DNA of 64,000 nucleotides from Strigamia acuminata (Eukaryota): NCBI GenBank assembly GCA_949358305.1, contig OX442314.1, positions 21,886,001 to 21,950,000 of the forward strand, read 5' to 3'. Shown piece by piece: positions 13,717 to 25,752 of this stretch (position 1 is its first letter; each line of letters starts with the position of its first letter). The notes under the pieces were generated by a model. It saw only the letters and a program-made list of their open reading frames with translations, ran no database searches and was not told where the DNA came from. The position numbers and the translations under genes were made by a program.

Positions 13717-15305
13717 ATGAAAATTCACATCATTCTTTGTACATGCATTTTCTTGCTGAAACCCTTTGCCGTAGTTCCAGACCCATTTGTAAATTATTTA
13801 TTACGTATAATAATATAAATTTAATATCTTTTAAAATAATTTTTTTTCAAAGTGTGATTACTTACAAGAGGTTCGACCGGCGTTAAGAAAAATACTACCT
13901 TCTTTAGTTACGTCTTCTGGGGTATGTACTATGTAGATAAGTAAGTAAAAATATGAATTAATTTTTTTTATTTAGGAAAATAAAGAACAGTTTACACACT
14001 GTGCACTGACGTTGGTGCGTGGGGTAAGCGATCAAAACATTTTGCATCTTTGTTTAATACTCATCAACTAACTTATTGCAGAATCCAAAAGATTGCGAAT
14101 TTAGTAAATTTGAGTCAAAAGAATTTCCCCATTGCGCCGCAGCTTTCAAAAAGGTAATTCTTTGTTTTGCCTATATAACTTTGTAACCGCTTGGCCACCC
14201 AAGGGTGACCGGCATCACTACCACACACTGCCCAATGGCCCCAAGGTCACCACTCCTCACGCAGTGAGATGACCCAGTGAGGGGAAGGAGGGAGCTGAAG
14301 GGTGTATAAAGAGAAGAGCGCTGGGTCTCGACCAAGACAGACGTGTGAAGCAAGTCCTGAAGCCAGCAAGAGCAGTCGTGCTCTGGGCTGACTCTGCTCT
14401 CCTCCCTATTCACCATGGTGATATGGTCAATCCACCAGACTCCAAGAGCCGTTGCATAGGTTGTAGAAATAAGAACGACAGAATAGTTATTTCCAACTGA
14501 CCACGTCATTCATGGGGATCCCTCCCTGTGTGTGACGGGTTGGTTGCTAATGTGGCATGCTTTCGCGGCAGTAGATGGGATACTCCAACTTCTAGACAAT
14601 GATTAATAAAGGCCAACAATCCAACAATCTGGAGTTTTTTGTCTTATTTTACGTGAGTATGCGGCGTTCCAGGCTACCATGGCTAAGATCATACCATCAC
14701 AACTTAAAAGTGTATTGCAGCTCCCTGCGTTTTTAAGCTAGGCATACAACGCATGTGCGATACACTTCCCTTTCCATTTTTATGTATTTTATTTTTCCAT
14801 ATTTTCTGTGATAAATAACTGATCGACTAAATCTCTCTACTATTGTCAGAAAAGCTACCAGTCAGTACTAAAGAATAATTTGGAAGGATGGTGGTCGAGT
14901 TTCATTGAAACTGCCGAAGATTGGATTACAGAGAGATATCCTGATCCTGAACAGAAACCTGATTTAATAGGTGACAATTTATCGGACTACTTACTTAAAA
15001 GATTTGATGCTTTTGGGGGTAAAAAGAAAGATCAAAAACTATGGGATGAGTACTGTAAGGAAGAGAGTTCACAGTGTAAATTGAGAGAGGAAACCCTTTT
15101 CACACAGAAGTTGTATGAAGACACTCTATTCCCACTGTACAAAACTTTTAATGATGCAAAGAAGAATCCTACTCTTGGCGATCTTTTCAAGGAAGTTGCA
15201 AGAGTACTTTTGTATAAGGATCTTCCTGATGCTAAAACTGAATCTGTTGATTTAGCAAATTGTCTAACTAATTTAGCTGATGCTCTTAAGAAAAAATTGA
15301 ACTAA
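13717..15305 (+). CDS. Unrecognised secreted Cys-containing protein, copy 1 (238 aa); exons 13717-13788, 13853-13921, 13976-14023, 14082-14153, 14850-15305
   Basis: TATAAAA at 13655; signal-like MKIHIILCTCIFLLKPFA; four phase-0 GT-AG introns; exon structure conserved in paralogs. Confidence 0.8.
14182..14701. mobile_element. Solo LTR (520 bp) in intron 4 of copy 1
   Basis: TGT...ACA ends, ACTT 4-bp TSD, TATAAA and AATAAA inside; empty site in copy 4. Confidence 0.75.
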
Positions 15306-16519
15306 AGCTAATTAGTTTTGACATTAACTAAACATGCATATTTAATTTATGGATTTCGTATATTTTTTTTTCTCTGTGTAAACTCAGATTGGTTATTGGA
15401 ACTGTATCGTTATTATTGTTAACTTTAAACACTAGCTCGGGGTAATAATTTGTACACTAATACCGGTAACTAAGGAAATAAATCAAGTATTGAGATAAGC
15501 ATCAGTTTGTTTACGATTATACATTTTTTGAAGCAGAACTACGTCTTTATCCGCACTAGGCAAGAAAACAAAGAGGCTGCAACAATCAACCCAGAGAACG
15601 GAAATTTGAGGTAGAAACCACGACAATCTGTAAAACTCAAACAATCGCATACAACAGCCGTCTGTTGTCGGCGCAAAGCAATTGTAAACAACAACAAAAC
15701 CACAGCCACAATTTCCGCAACCTCAACTAAAAAAGCAGACATTCTGCCGGATGTAGGCACAGTAAAAACTGTGCTTCTTTGTAATTTTATATTATATCGA
15801 ACCATTAGCAAAGCTTAAAATTTAAGTTGAAAATGCTGAAGTTACGAATGAGAAACTTGAGAAACAAACTTTTATCAGTTTCAACTAATGTTTAAAATAT
15901 TTTCTAATTTGAAAGATAGGTAAGTTTGATGCAGGACGATTAAACACACGACTTACTATTATCCGCTATTTTTAGTGTTTTAGTGTTTTCACGAACAAAT
16001 GTGAATTGGGATTTTGCTAGTATAGTGAAGCAAAATCTAGATTATACTAAGGGAAATAAATATTGCTAATTTAGGAATTGTCTAATTTCTCCATTTGAAC
16101 TCAGAACTTTAAAGAAAAGAAAAAACCACCACCAGGTTACACCCTTACTGCGGGCTACGGACAGTCCAAATCCTCAGTCTAATTACGGAGGCAAATAAAG
16201 ACAAAATAAGTCAGGCAGAAAATTGTTTATTCGACCTAAACATACGGGAAGAATAAATCACAACGGTAAAAGATGATCTCGACGGCGTCAATTTTCTGCA
16301 AGGGAGGGAAGACAAACAATTAATACAGAAAGCAAAATTGTAGACAGAAAAAAGCTTTGGGAGGGACCATTAGCAATATTTATTTCCCTTAGTATAATCT
16401 AGATTTTGCTTCACTATACTAGCAAAATCCCAATTATACAACAGCGGAAATAAATATTGCTAATTTAGGAACGTTCGTAGCCCCTTAATACTACAAAAGC
16501 AAATTCTTCCAAAGCGGAT

Positions 16520-17343
16520 TCGATCGGCCTACCGTAGAATTTCTTAAATACAGCGGCAGTTGACCAATCGGCGGCTTTGATAATGCACTCTAAAGACTCC
16601 CCTACTAGCCGCGAACAACGTGGCTGCAGCTCTGGTTGAATGAGCCGAGAAAACGGAGGTATCTACCCCCGCGTCAGAGAGGACGCCCTTGATCCACCTC
16701 GCGATGGTCGTAGAGGAAAGCGGGCCAAACAGTGGCGAGCCAGAGAGAAAAAGTTGTTTTGAACTACCCTTCAAAGAAGCGGTAAAGTTTAGGAACCGGC
16801 GCAAAGCAACCACCGGACATAATTCCTCGTCGTGAAAGGACGCGATGCAAAGAGGCGTTAGATACGCGGATTTACGAGAACCGCACAGAGGGACCATGCA
16901 AAAATAATCGAAAAACGAAATGTCTGCTGAGAGTAGCCAAAGGTCACCCGCTCTGTCTGCCAATGCAAGAGCCAAAAGAGTAGCCAGACGCTGATTTCTC
17001 GACAGTCACGAAAGATTAGGGGCGGAAAAGAGACGTTTGAGATGCGTTAAAATCGAGCCTATGTGCCAGATATTAGAGTATTTCGGGACAGTCGGTCTAG
17101 AAAGAGACACGCCCCTCAGGATCCGGCGAATAACCGGATGGAAACCTAAGTCTTCCCCCCCCCCGACAGGGAAACCAATTGGGAAATTGCAGACCTGCGA
17201 CAATTGACCGAGCTGTAAGATCTGCCCGCGCTAAACAGCGAACCCAGGAAGTTCGCTACGACCAGGGCAGATGGTCGAAGAGGGTCCACGCTGCGAGAGG
17301 GGCTGACTTCCGAGAGCCGGTCAAGGGACCAACACAGATCCAC
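16520..17343 (-). pseudogene. Frameshifted DIRS tyrosine recombinase
   Basis: SYSSVNCRRSAIS, HPVIRRILRG..RP..PKY, LCPV..L, AHSTR, and ADWS...FKKFY in a shifted frame. Confidence 0.85.
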
Positions 17344-19699
17344 TCGAAGAAGTAATATCTGCGGAAAGCAGCTTAAGGTCAGCCGCCCTGCCCGCCAAAG
17401 CCAGGGCTAAAAGTATAGCTAGAGGCCGATTAACCGGCTAAGTAAAAATTAGTCGCATTTTACAACCTAGGCATTCTTAAATCTACTTCGATCTCTCGAA
17501 ACTTCACGTTTCCATGATAAAGAAGATCCAACTTCTCAGTTTGGACTAAGATACAACTTGATCCAACACCGTTTTGACGATATTTTGACAACGAGCAATC
17601 ATCAAACCATTTAGCGGATCATCCAATACTAGCTATTTAATTACTATTATGGAGTTAATCGAGTGGCACAAGGTGATGTGTAAAACCAATAGATTTTACA
17701 GTAAATTCGTTTCGATGAGGTCTGTAACGATGCTATCACAGACAAGATGACAAATATTGACATTCAGGCATTACCAAATTAATGGAATTTACCAATAACA
17801 TTCGCAAATGTTGTGTGGATAATGTATCTATTTGTGAGTCCAGTTCCTCAAAAATGGGCAGCATATGTAGATCTCGGAACGCAGGCTGATTTAAACTACC
17901 ACAATCAGCTACAGCACCACAAAAGAACCGATATTTTCGATAATGACTGAACAAATCTCGTTCAGTTCAAAGCTGGCTTGTCGCCCCGTTGTTTTACAGC
18001 ATTAATGTAACTATAGTATGAAAACAAAATCAAATATGTGGTCCGCGTAATTCTTCCCAAGTTAAGACGTCAAAGCTTGGGCAAATGTTTCACTAATGAT
18101 ATTACACATTCCGATGAAGCTTCTAGGTATGACAAATCGAGGGCTATCAGGTTGCCACAAACTTGGAGTATATTAACTGCAAGCTTGTGCGTAGGGTGAA
18201 AGTAAACCCAAAACCAAAAAGATAAAGACGTTGTGCCGGGACGAATAAAATCATCCGGATGCAAAAGAACCTACGTCTTCGCTTACTGCATAAGTATAAC
18301 ATAGGCGAGACCTATGTTTGACAACAGACCGTTGGTATGTATTAACCAATGTGTCAGATGGTGAATCTCGTAACAATAATGTGCAGCGACTGTTTCCAAG
18401 CTCCATGCTGATTTCTTATTAGGCATGGCGTAGAAAAAATTAGATGGAATGTAATGATGACCATCGAAACATTCATTCAAATTAGGAGGTAGGTGGCACT
18501 GCAGAAGGCAGCGTCACAAAATAGAGTCCAGAATGTTGAGATTATAAAAGATAAGAATTGCTTAAAAGAGGGTCGAATCTCTCCCCCCCCTCTCCCATCA
18601 ACTTCAGAGAGGATATCATGTGCATTTTATTTTATTCTCTAAATAAATCTTATATAAAAGAAAAACCAGCTTCGCAAAACTAGGGAATTTCGGGAGTGGG
18701 ACCCGAACCCTGTATCCATGAGTCCATGCGGCAGATATTGCTCTACTCATTTGATCACACTGGGGCGATTTTAACGTAATTTCTAATTTCATCTCGAGCT
18801 GTGTCATCGATATTTTGACAACCAACAAATAACAAACAAATAAATGGATTTTCCTCTCAACATTTACCAAAACTGTAGCAGTATTAATCGCGAGGCTCAC
18901 TGAGATTTCACAGTTTAGTGGCTGGAAAGAAAAACCTTGGATTATGTAGGTATACATCTGGTATCACACTAAACCTGAAAAAGAAAAGACAAAGTATTGG
19001 TATTGAAAAGCATGCATCCGATGGAGCAAATTTAATCAGAAAAACTTTAATTTTGCTACAATGCACCGAATTGTACAAAACAGACATTCCAAAATTAATT
19101 TCGAATACTTTGTATAATTTTGTTATTAATTTTAGATTTTTAATCCCTTTTAAGGCCGTTCAGTCCATCCTTAGATTCAGAGCTTTGAATGAGCCTATGG
19201 CGAATAGATCTGCCACAAAAAAGTAAAAGCATCTAAATTGATGTAGTACACAGAAAAATTCTCTGAATTAAAATTGGATTGAGAAACAAATAAAAAACCC
19301 CCATGAATTTAACACATGTTAAAGCCAATAAAGGAAAAACTATCTCATGAAGTAACCTAAGGCATAGAAAAATGTGAGGTTTATTTTGTAAATAGTCACG
19401 TAAAGCTTATAGAATCTCACATTAACCAATAGTTTCAACTGATATTGCAAGAAAGACTATTCTGTGTGAGAAAGCTTTAAATGCACAAAATTCATTTGCT
19501 AAAAAACAAATGAGTCGCCGAAAATTGCAAAAACTATTTGCACTCCATCAGTTGACCAGTTGAAGCCCATGTGCACTGACAAGACCGACCTCTGCTTGAT
19601 GGGAAAAATAACTCGGCGTCCGCCTTGAAGCGGAAAAAACTTCCTTAGCTGCGCAGCAACATTAGCAGCCACAACCCATGTGCGCTGTCCAGAGAAAAA

Positions 19700-20230
19700 T
19701 CCGAAAAACTGGGCAAAACTCCCGATTTGTAGCGGACAAAACTTCCGCTTTTCTAGCGTGCAAAACTTTATTTTTTTTGAGTGGGCAAAGCCTCCGCTTT
19801 GTAGCGGGCAAAAGCTCCGCTTTGTAGCGAGCCAAAGCTCCGCTTTGTAGCGGGCAAAAGCTCCGCTTTGTAGCGGGCAAAAGCTCCGCTTTGTAGCGGG
19901 CAAAACCTCCGCTTTTTAGCGGGCAAAACCTCCGCTTTTTAGCGGGCAAAACCTCCGCTTTTTAGCGGGCAAAACCTCCGCTTTTTAGCGGGCAAAACCT
20001 CCGCTTCTTAGCGGGCAAAACCTCCGCTTCTTAGCAGGCAAAACCTCCGCTTTTAGCGGGCAAAACCTCCGCTTTTTAGCGGGCAAAACCTCCGCTTCTT
20101 AGCGGGCAAAACCTCCGCTTTTTAGCGGGCAAAACCTCCGCTTTTTAGCGGGCAAAACCTCCGCTTTGCAGCGGGCAAGACCTCCGCTTTGCAGCGGGCA
20201 AAACCTCCGCTTTGCAGCGGGCAAAACCTC
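19700..20230. repeat. 23-bp minisatellite (tagcgggcaaaacctccgctttt), about 22 copies, inside the DIRS element
   Basis: Tandem units seen directly; followed by a ~54-bp duplication at 20243-20350. Confidence 0.95.
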
Positions 20231-21669
20231 GGTTCGGTGAACCTGAACCAAAACCCCAGCAACAGAGCGAGACATGTTACGGGCATTACATGGGCCTGAA
20301 CCAAAACCCCAGCAACAGAGCGAGACATGTTACGGGCATTACATGGGCCTCACCTCTCGCGTCCCAAAGGCGCGTTCCGCGGGGCAGAAGAGGACTTAAC
20401 CAAAAAGACGAACCAGCCAAAAACATCCTCTGCTCCAGTCTGCTGAAGCGACGGTATCGGCAACGTCCGACTGACGTGACTCTTCCAAAGCAAAGTCGTA
20501 CTGGCTCGGGTCGGTCGTTTCATGGACAACGGCAGTCCTAGCCACCTTCTGCTTGGCGGTTGGCGGGCGGCCACGAATGGACGTGTTAGCGACGATAATA
20601 TCGTCCGTCAAAAAGCAAAAATAATTCGAAAACTAACCAAAAAGAAGCAGCAAAAATTTTCCGTGGAATCCAAAATGGCAGAAGAAATTAGACTGAGGAT
20701 TTGGACTGTCCGTAGCCCGCAGTAAGGGTGTAACCTGGTGGTGGTTTTTTCTTTTCTTTAAAGTTCTGAGTTCAAATGGAGAAATTAGACAATTCCTAAA
20801 TTAGCAATATTTATTTCCGCTGTTGTATAATCAGGCTCAGGCACCACCTAACTACAGGCGTTTATTCATTGTTAGAATTGTGTTAGTTTTGAAAAATTTT
20901 CCATTTGTCCAAAAATGACATCATTTTAAAATAATTTTAACCCCACAAACAAAATAAAATCACTAGAAATGTTGTTTAAGGTGTAACTTGAACTCGCAGA
21001 GGTCCATCCTCCATCATTAAAAATACAGCTTCACGAAGCTAGTGCTACCGATATACGGAGAACACATTAACGAATGTGCCCATCAAGGTTGCCGAAAGCA
21101 AACCTGAGCCCAGGAAAAGTAATAATTCCAGGCTTGATAACAGAAAATTATTTTTTTTTTTGGAATCAGATCCAGGTCCTGCATGTAACACGGGCTTCGG
21201 AAATTTGCCCCGGTTTCCCTTAATTTTTAGCGCAAAACAGTAAACTTTTGGCTCTAAGCAGCCAATTTTTGGCCCAAAAACTAGCCGCTGAAGTAATTCT
21301 GAATGAGATGTTACAGGAGATATCGAACGAGACGTCACACGAGATGTGTCACAAAAAGCGCTGTCATCTATAGCGATGACGTTGTCCTTACTGCCAGTTC
21401 TTCCACTCAGCCATAGATGGCAGCGTTTCTGTGACACATCTCCTGTGTCAACTCGTTCAGAATCACCAGTCACTATTGGCTAAAGAAAACATTTTTAGAC
21501 ACCAGTACATCCTCATTTCTAGAAATTTAAAAATTTAATACAACTGCAGACATGAACATCTGCAGAAATTTGGATTTACTGCAAAATGAACATTTGCAGC
21601 AATTTGGATTTATTGCAAAATGAACATTTGCAGCACACGTTGTGGTGATCTCAATTATATTTTTATGTA

Positions 21670-21746
21670 CCGGGTGGCCCACATAAAAGCGGCCCGAAAA
21701 TGTGTGTATGTAATATTATGGGGCCGCTTTTATGTGGGCCACCCGG
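21670..21746. mobile_element. 77-bp hairpin MITE with TA TSD
   Basis: TIRs ccgggtggcccacataaaagcggccc; empty site at ~12700. Confidence 0.8.
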
Positions 21747-22439
21747 TATTTGTTGTCACCACTTAGAAATACTGGTATTTATTATTTTCAATTACTCTGC
21801 TTTGGCACTCACCAAACCAGCCTGCTGTGTCTTGAGGGTGAAAACTCCCCAAGCACACCTCATCCCAATTTGGCTATGGTGGGTTGCAAATTAACCATTT
21901 TGGTGCAATAATTCCTTTGTTGCACCAAAATGCGCTCATTGCGCATATTGCTGCACAAGATCCAAAGTGTGCCGGATTCAAATTCAGAGTTTTGGCACAC
22001 TCTTGAATTCACCTACAACCAAACAATGGCAGAACTACACTTTACGGGCGAATCGTCAAATTTTCATTGTTGGGAACGACAATCACAATTTTTCCCATAC
22101 TTATCACGAGTCAATAAATGCCCAATAGACAGTTTTCGCATTAGCATGCGCACCACCTAGCGAGAGAATGCAACATCTCCCGAGTAGGTAAAAAACCATT
22201 TCCGGTTCTTGATTCGTTCGAGTAGTAGTGTTTACATTGTGTTTAAGATGGAAAATAAACAATGTCAATCGCCCGAAACCCAACAATCTGAGAAGAAACG
22301 TAAAGCTCATACTTCCTGAATGCAACAACAATGCACAAAAATATGGTAGAAGGGTTACTTTTCACAAATTTCCTGCCGACAAGAAATTGAAGAAGCAATG
22401 GCTTGTAAAAATTCATGTTATATCGCACCAGTCGATTTT

Positions 22440-23885
22440 TTGGGGTTTCTTCATTTTGTCTGTCTTCATTTCGTCGTCCTTCATTTCTTCGCTGTTTTGG
22501 CAATGAAACAACACGGCAGCGTCGTTCATTTCTTTGCCATTTGTGGCGACTAAACCACACGGCGACTTCCTTCATTTCGTCCTCGTTTGTGGCGACGAAA
22601 CGACACGGCGACGTCGTTCATTTCTTCGCCGTTTTTGGCGACAAAACGACACGAACGGCAACGAAATGAAAGACGTCGCCGTGTCGTTTCGTCGCCAAAA
22701 ACGGGGACGAAATGAAGGAAGTCGTCGTGAGGTTTAGTCGCCACAAATGGCAACGAAATGAAGGACGTCGTCTTGTGGTTTAGTCGCCAAAAACGGCAAA
22801 GAAATGAACGACGCCGCCGTGTCGTTTCGGCAACGTTGGCAACGAAATGAAGGAAGTCGCCGTGTTGTTTCGTCGCCACAAGCGGCAACGAAATTAAAAA
22901 CGACGCGTGTCGTTTCGTTGCCAAAAACGGCAAAGAAATGTACGACGCCGCCGTGTCGTTTCGTTGCCAAAAACGGGGACGAAATGAAGGAAGTCGTCAT
23001 GTGGTTTAGTCGCCACAAACGGCAAAGAAATGAAGGAAGTCGTCATGTGGTTTAGTCGCCACAAACGGCAAAGAAATGAACGACGCCGCCGTCGAAATTG
23101 CACCTTGAGCGGTTTGTTGATCACGTAGACTTTCCAATTCCTGTCGAACGTCCGCATCGGGCTCACGGAGCCACTTGAGTGAGTCCATAGCCTCCGTGAT
23201 TCGACATTTTCGCACGAGCCACATGGGTGATTCAGGCATCGGAATCATCAATGCCATGAGTAAAATCGGTACAACTGATGATACAACTGCCAGAAATGAC
23301 CACGGAACGTACGCTCCCACGATATACGAAAAAAGAATGCCGATGTTTACGAACAGTTGAAACCCAGAGCCTAGAACGCCCCGGATTTCAGGAGAGGCGA
23401 TTTCTGCCATGTAAACTGGAGTGTTGAGACACGCGACACCGGTGCAAATACCAGTTATCCAACGACCGAAGTAAAGTAAACCGATGGACTCGGCGTAGAT
23501 TATGCACAACCAACCCACCACGTTTGGAATTGCCATGTAAATTAAGGCTGTCTTACGGCGGAGGAAATCCACGATGGAACCGGCGATTAAACCGCCGCAC
23601 AAAGCGCCGTCGTTGGCTAGACTGGCAAAAACGGCAAAGAAATGAACGACGCCGCCGTGTCGTTTCGTTGCCGTTTGTGGCGACGAAACAAAACGGCGAC
23701 GTCGTTCATTTCTTCGCCGTTTGTGGCGACTAAATCACACGGCGACTTTCTTCATTTCGTTGCCAAACATTGCCAACTTTGCCGAAACGACACGGCGGCG
23801 TCGTTTATTTCTTTGCCGTTTGTGGCGATTAAACCACACGGCAACTTCCTTTATTTCGTTGCTATTTGTGGCGACTAAACCACAC
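22440..23885. repeat. Complex ~40-45-bp repeat array (ttgtggcgactaaaccacacggcgacttccttcatttc-type units) with orientation flips
   Basis: Alternating unit types; orientation reverses near 22650 and 23660. Confidence 0.85.
23092..23628 (-). pseudogene. Intronless fragment of a Tret1/GLUT8-like MFS sugar transporter
   Basis: D..RRK, GRWITG, PVYMAEIASPEIRG.LG, MPESP.WL motifs; no native start or end. Confidence 0.9.
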
Positions 23886-25143
23886 CACAGTCCTTCTAAG
23901 GACTGTGACCAATAATTGCAATAATTGCAATAATTGTTGTCCAAACAATCGATTTATCGTCTAAAACGGTAGTAGCAGCCATATGGTATGGTTTGTTTAC
24001 CTACTCGAAGGCTTTCGAATTTTGCCAAAAGATGGCGCTGCACGGTGGCGCGCATGCGCAAATCGTAATGCGAAAACTGTATTCCCTTCACCTTAATAAA
24101 ACCAGTTAAGGTGAGGTTCGCGGGGGGGGGGGGGGGTCAAGAGAGGCGATAGCCCCCCCTTGTTAAGAAAAAAAGAAAAAAATACCCGTCATTATCATTA
24201 AGTCAGCAAGATGATGGGTTATTCGCCAGCGCTCCCAACAATGAAGTATTGACCGTGTTAACGTTTAGGTGATTTGGGACATTTCCTGCTATATCTTTGC
24301 TAAGTTTGCATGCAAAGCCAGCGTTTTCGTGTGTATCAGCCACAGTTGATACAAGCATTTCCACTGTTATTCAGTGATCTCTGCTAACGAACAGTGCTTT
24401 CACTCACCGCCACCATCGAGGACCACCGTGAACTTCTCCGGAGTCAGCCATCGCCGCCAGAGTGAGTTTTTGGAGGGAAACAACGTTCCGCCATTCTCGC
24501 GTACAACAACGGTTGTACGCATTTCATTATTCATTTCTTTGTTCAACTTCCATTATCGTATTAGCCTATAGTTCATTGTTTTAATTCTCTTTGAATTTAT
24601 TACGAATAAATTATTGGTGTTATTTTATTACATTTTCTTTGTATTTATCTTACCCCTAGACATTATTAACCATTTAATTTCAGAAACTAATCTGTTTACA
24701 CCACCTCAACAGTGAAATAACCTGGATCAATGCAATGTAAAGTAATATTAAATAAATAACATAAAAGATATATACGCTGTGCTCATATTCATTATATGCC
24801 AAAATAGACTGGTGGATCAGATACTAACCTATAAAACAGATGGACGTGGTTTTCAGTCTGAATGTGGGTAAAAATTAAAAATAAATTTCAATTTAAAAAA
24901 TTTATTGAACATAAAAATTAGTGTTCCTTTTTCAGCACTATTTTTATTTTTATTATTTGCTACACAGGTTTATTTATATCATTAGATTTACTCCATCAAG
25001 GCGGATATGCATAAAGCTGTAATATTTACACACCGTGATCAGTACACACAGTTGGTGTAATTTAAATATACCACGAACCACGCATACATATTTTATTTTT
25101 TTGTACATTTAGAATACTTTTCAAATATCCCTCTATTTGTTTA

Positions 25144-25453
25144 CCGTACTGCCTTGATTTAACGCCGGTCGTATCTAAACGCCGGCTCCTGATTAAACGC
25201 CGGGCAAACTCAGAACGAAAAGGCAATAAACGCCGGCCTTAAATAAACGCCGGGTTTGTTTAAACGCCGGTTTTAAACGTTTTTTAGACGAATATACGGT
25301 AATTTAACGTAAATGATTGGGTGGCGGCAGTAAAAAAACCTTTTTTTTTCGTTAGACGCCCGGCGCGAATAATCGCCGGGCTTTGAATAATCGCCGGAGG
25401 GGTCGACTTGGAAAAGTAAATAAACGCCCCGGCGTTAAATCGAGGCAGTACGG
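25144..25453. mobile_element. Tc1/mariner-like MITE, TA TSD
   Basis: TIRs ccgtactgccttgatttaacgccgg; internal aaacgccgg repeats; absent from the paralogous site near 13478. Confidence 0.85.
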
Positions 25454-25752
25454 TACTTGCCTTTTTTTAAATCAATTTTCCTCTATTTGTTTACTTGCCT
25501 TTTTAAAATCAATTTTCCTCAAGTGATTATGAAATGAACATGTGCAGCAATGCTAATTTATTGCAAAATACTATTGTCATTTGTCACTGTTAACTTAATA
25601 AATTAGAACCACACAGATGCCAAGGTTAAACGATGCTACAAGCAAGGTTAAACGATGCTACAAGCAGGGTTGTGTATTGTTCAACGATGATATAAAAGGC
25701 AGTTAAAAACATCAAGTTTCACATTGCAGTTTTCCATTGCAAACCCGTAAAA

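Larger units (their letters stand above)
16004..20831 (-). mobile_element. DIRS1-type tyrosine-recombinase retrotransposon, non-autonomous
   Basis: ITRs (~16053-16183 and ~20685-20818); ICR at 16369-16471 complementary to both ends; YR remnants; AAT at both junctions; empty site gtgaatcagg at 28411. Confidence 0.9.
22127..24080 (+). mobile_element. ISL2EU-like non-autonomous TIR element with THAP remnant, repeat array and captured gene fragment
   Basis: TIRs acagttttcgcatta/taatgcgaaaactgt flanked by AT; THAP-like PECNN..VTFHKFPADKKLKKQWLVKI at 22310-22415. Confidence 0.65.

Noticed and set aside
19499..20328. Repetitive ORFs and CRISPR-like appearance
   Set aside because: Pure tandem units with no unique spacers, eukaryotic context, no cas genes
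22415..23166. Many overlapping ORFs
   Set aside because: Translations of the GC-rich repeat array
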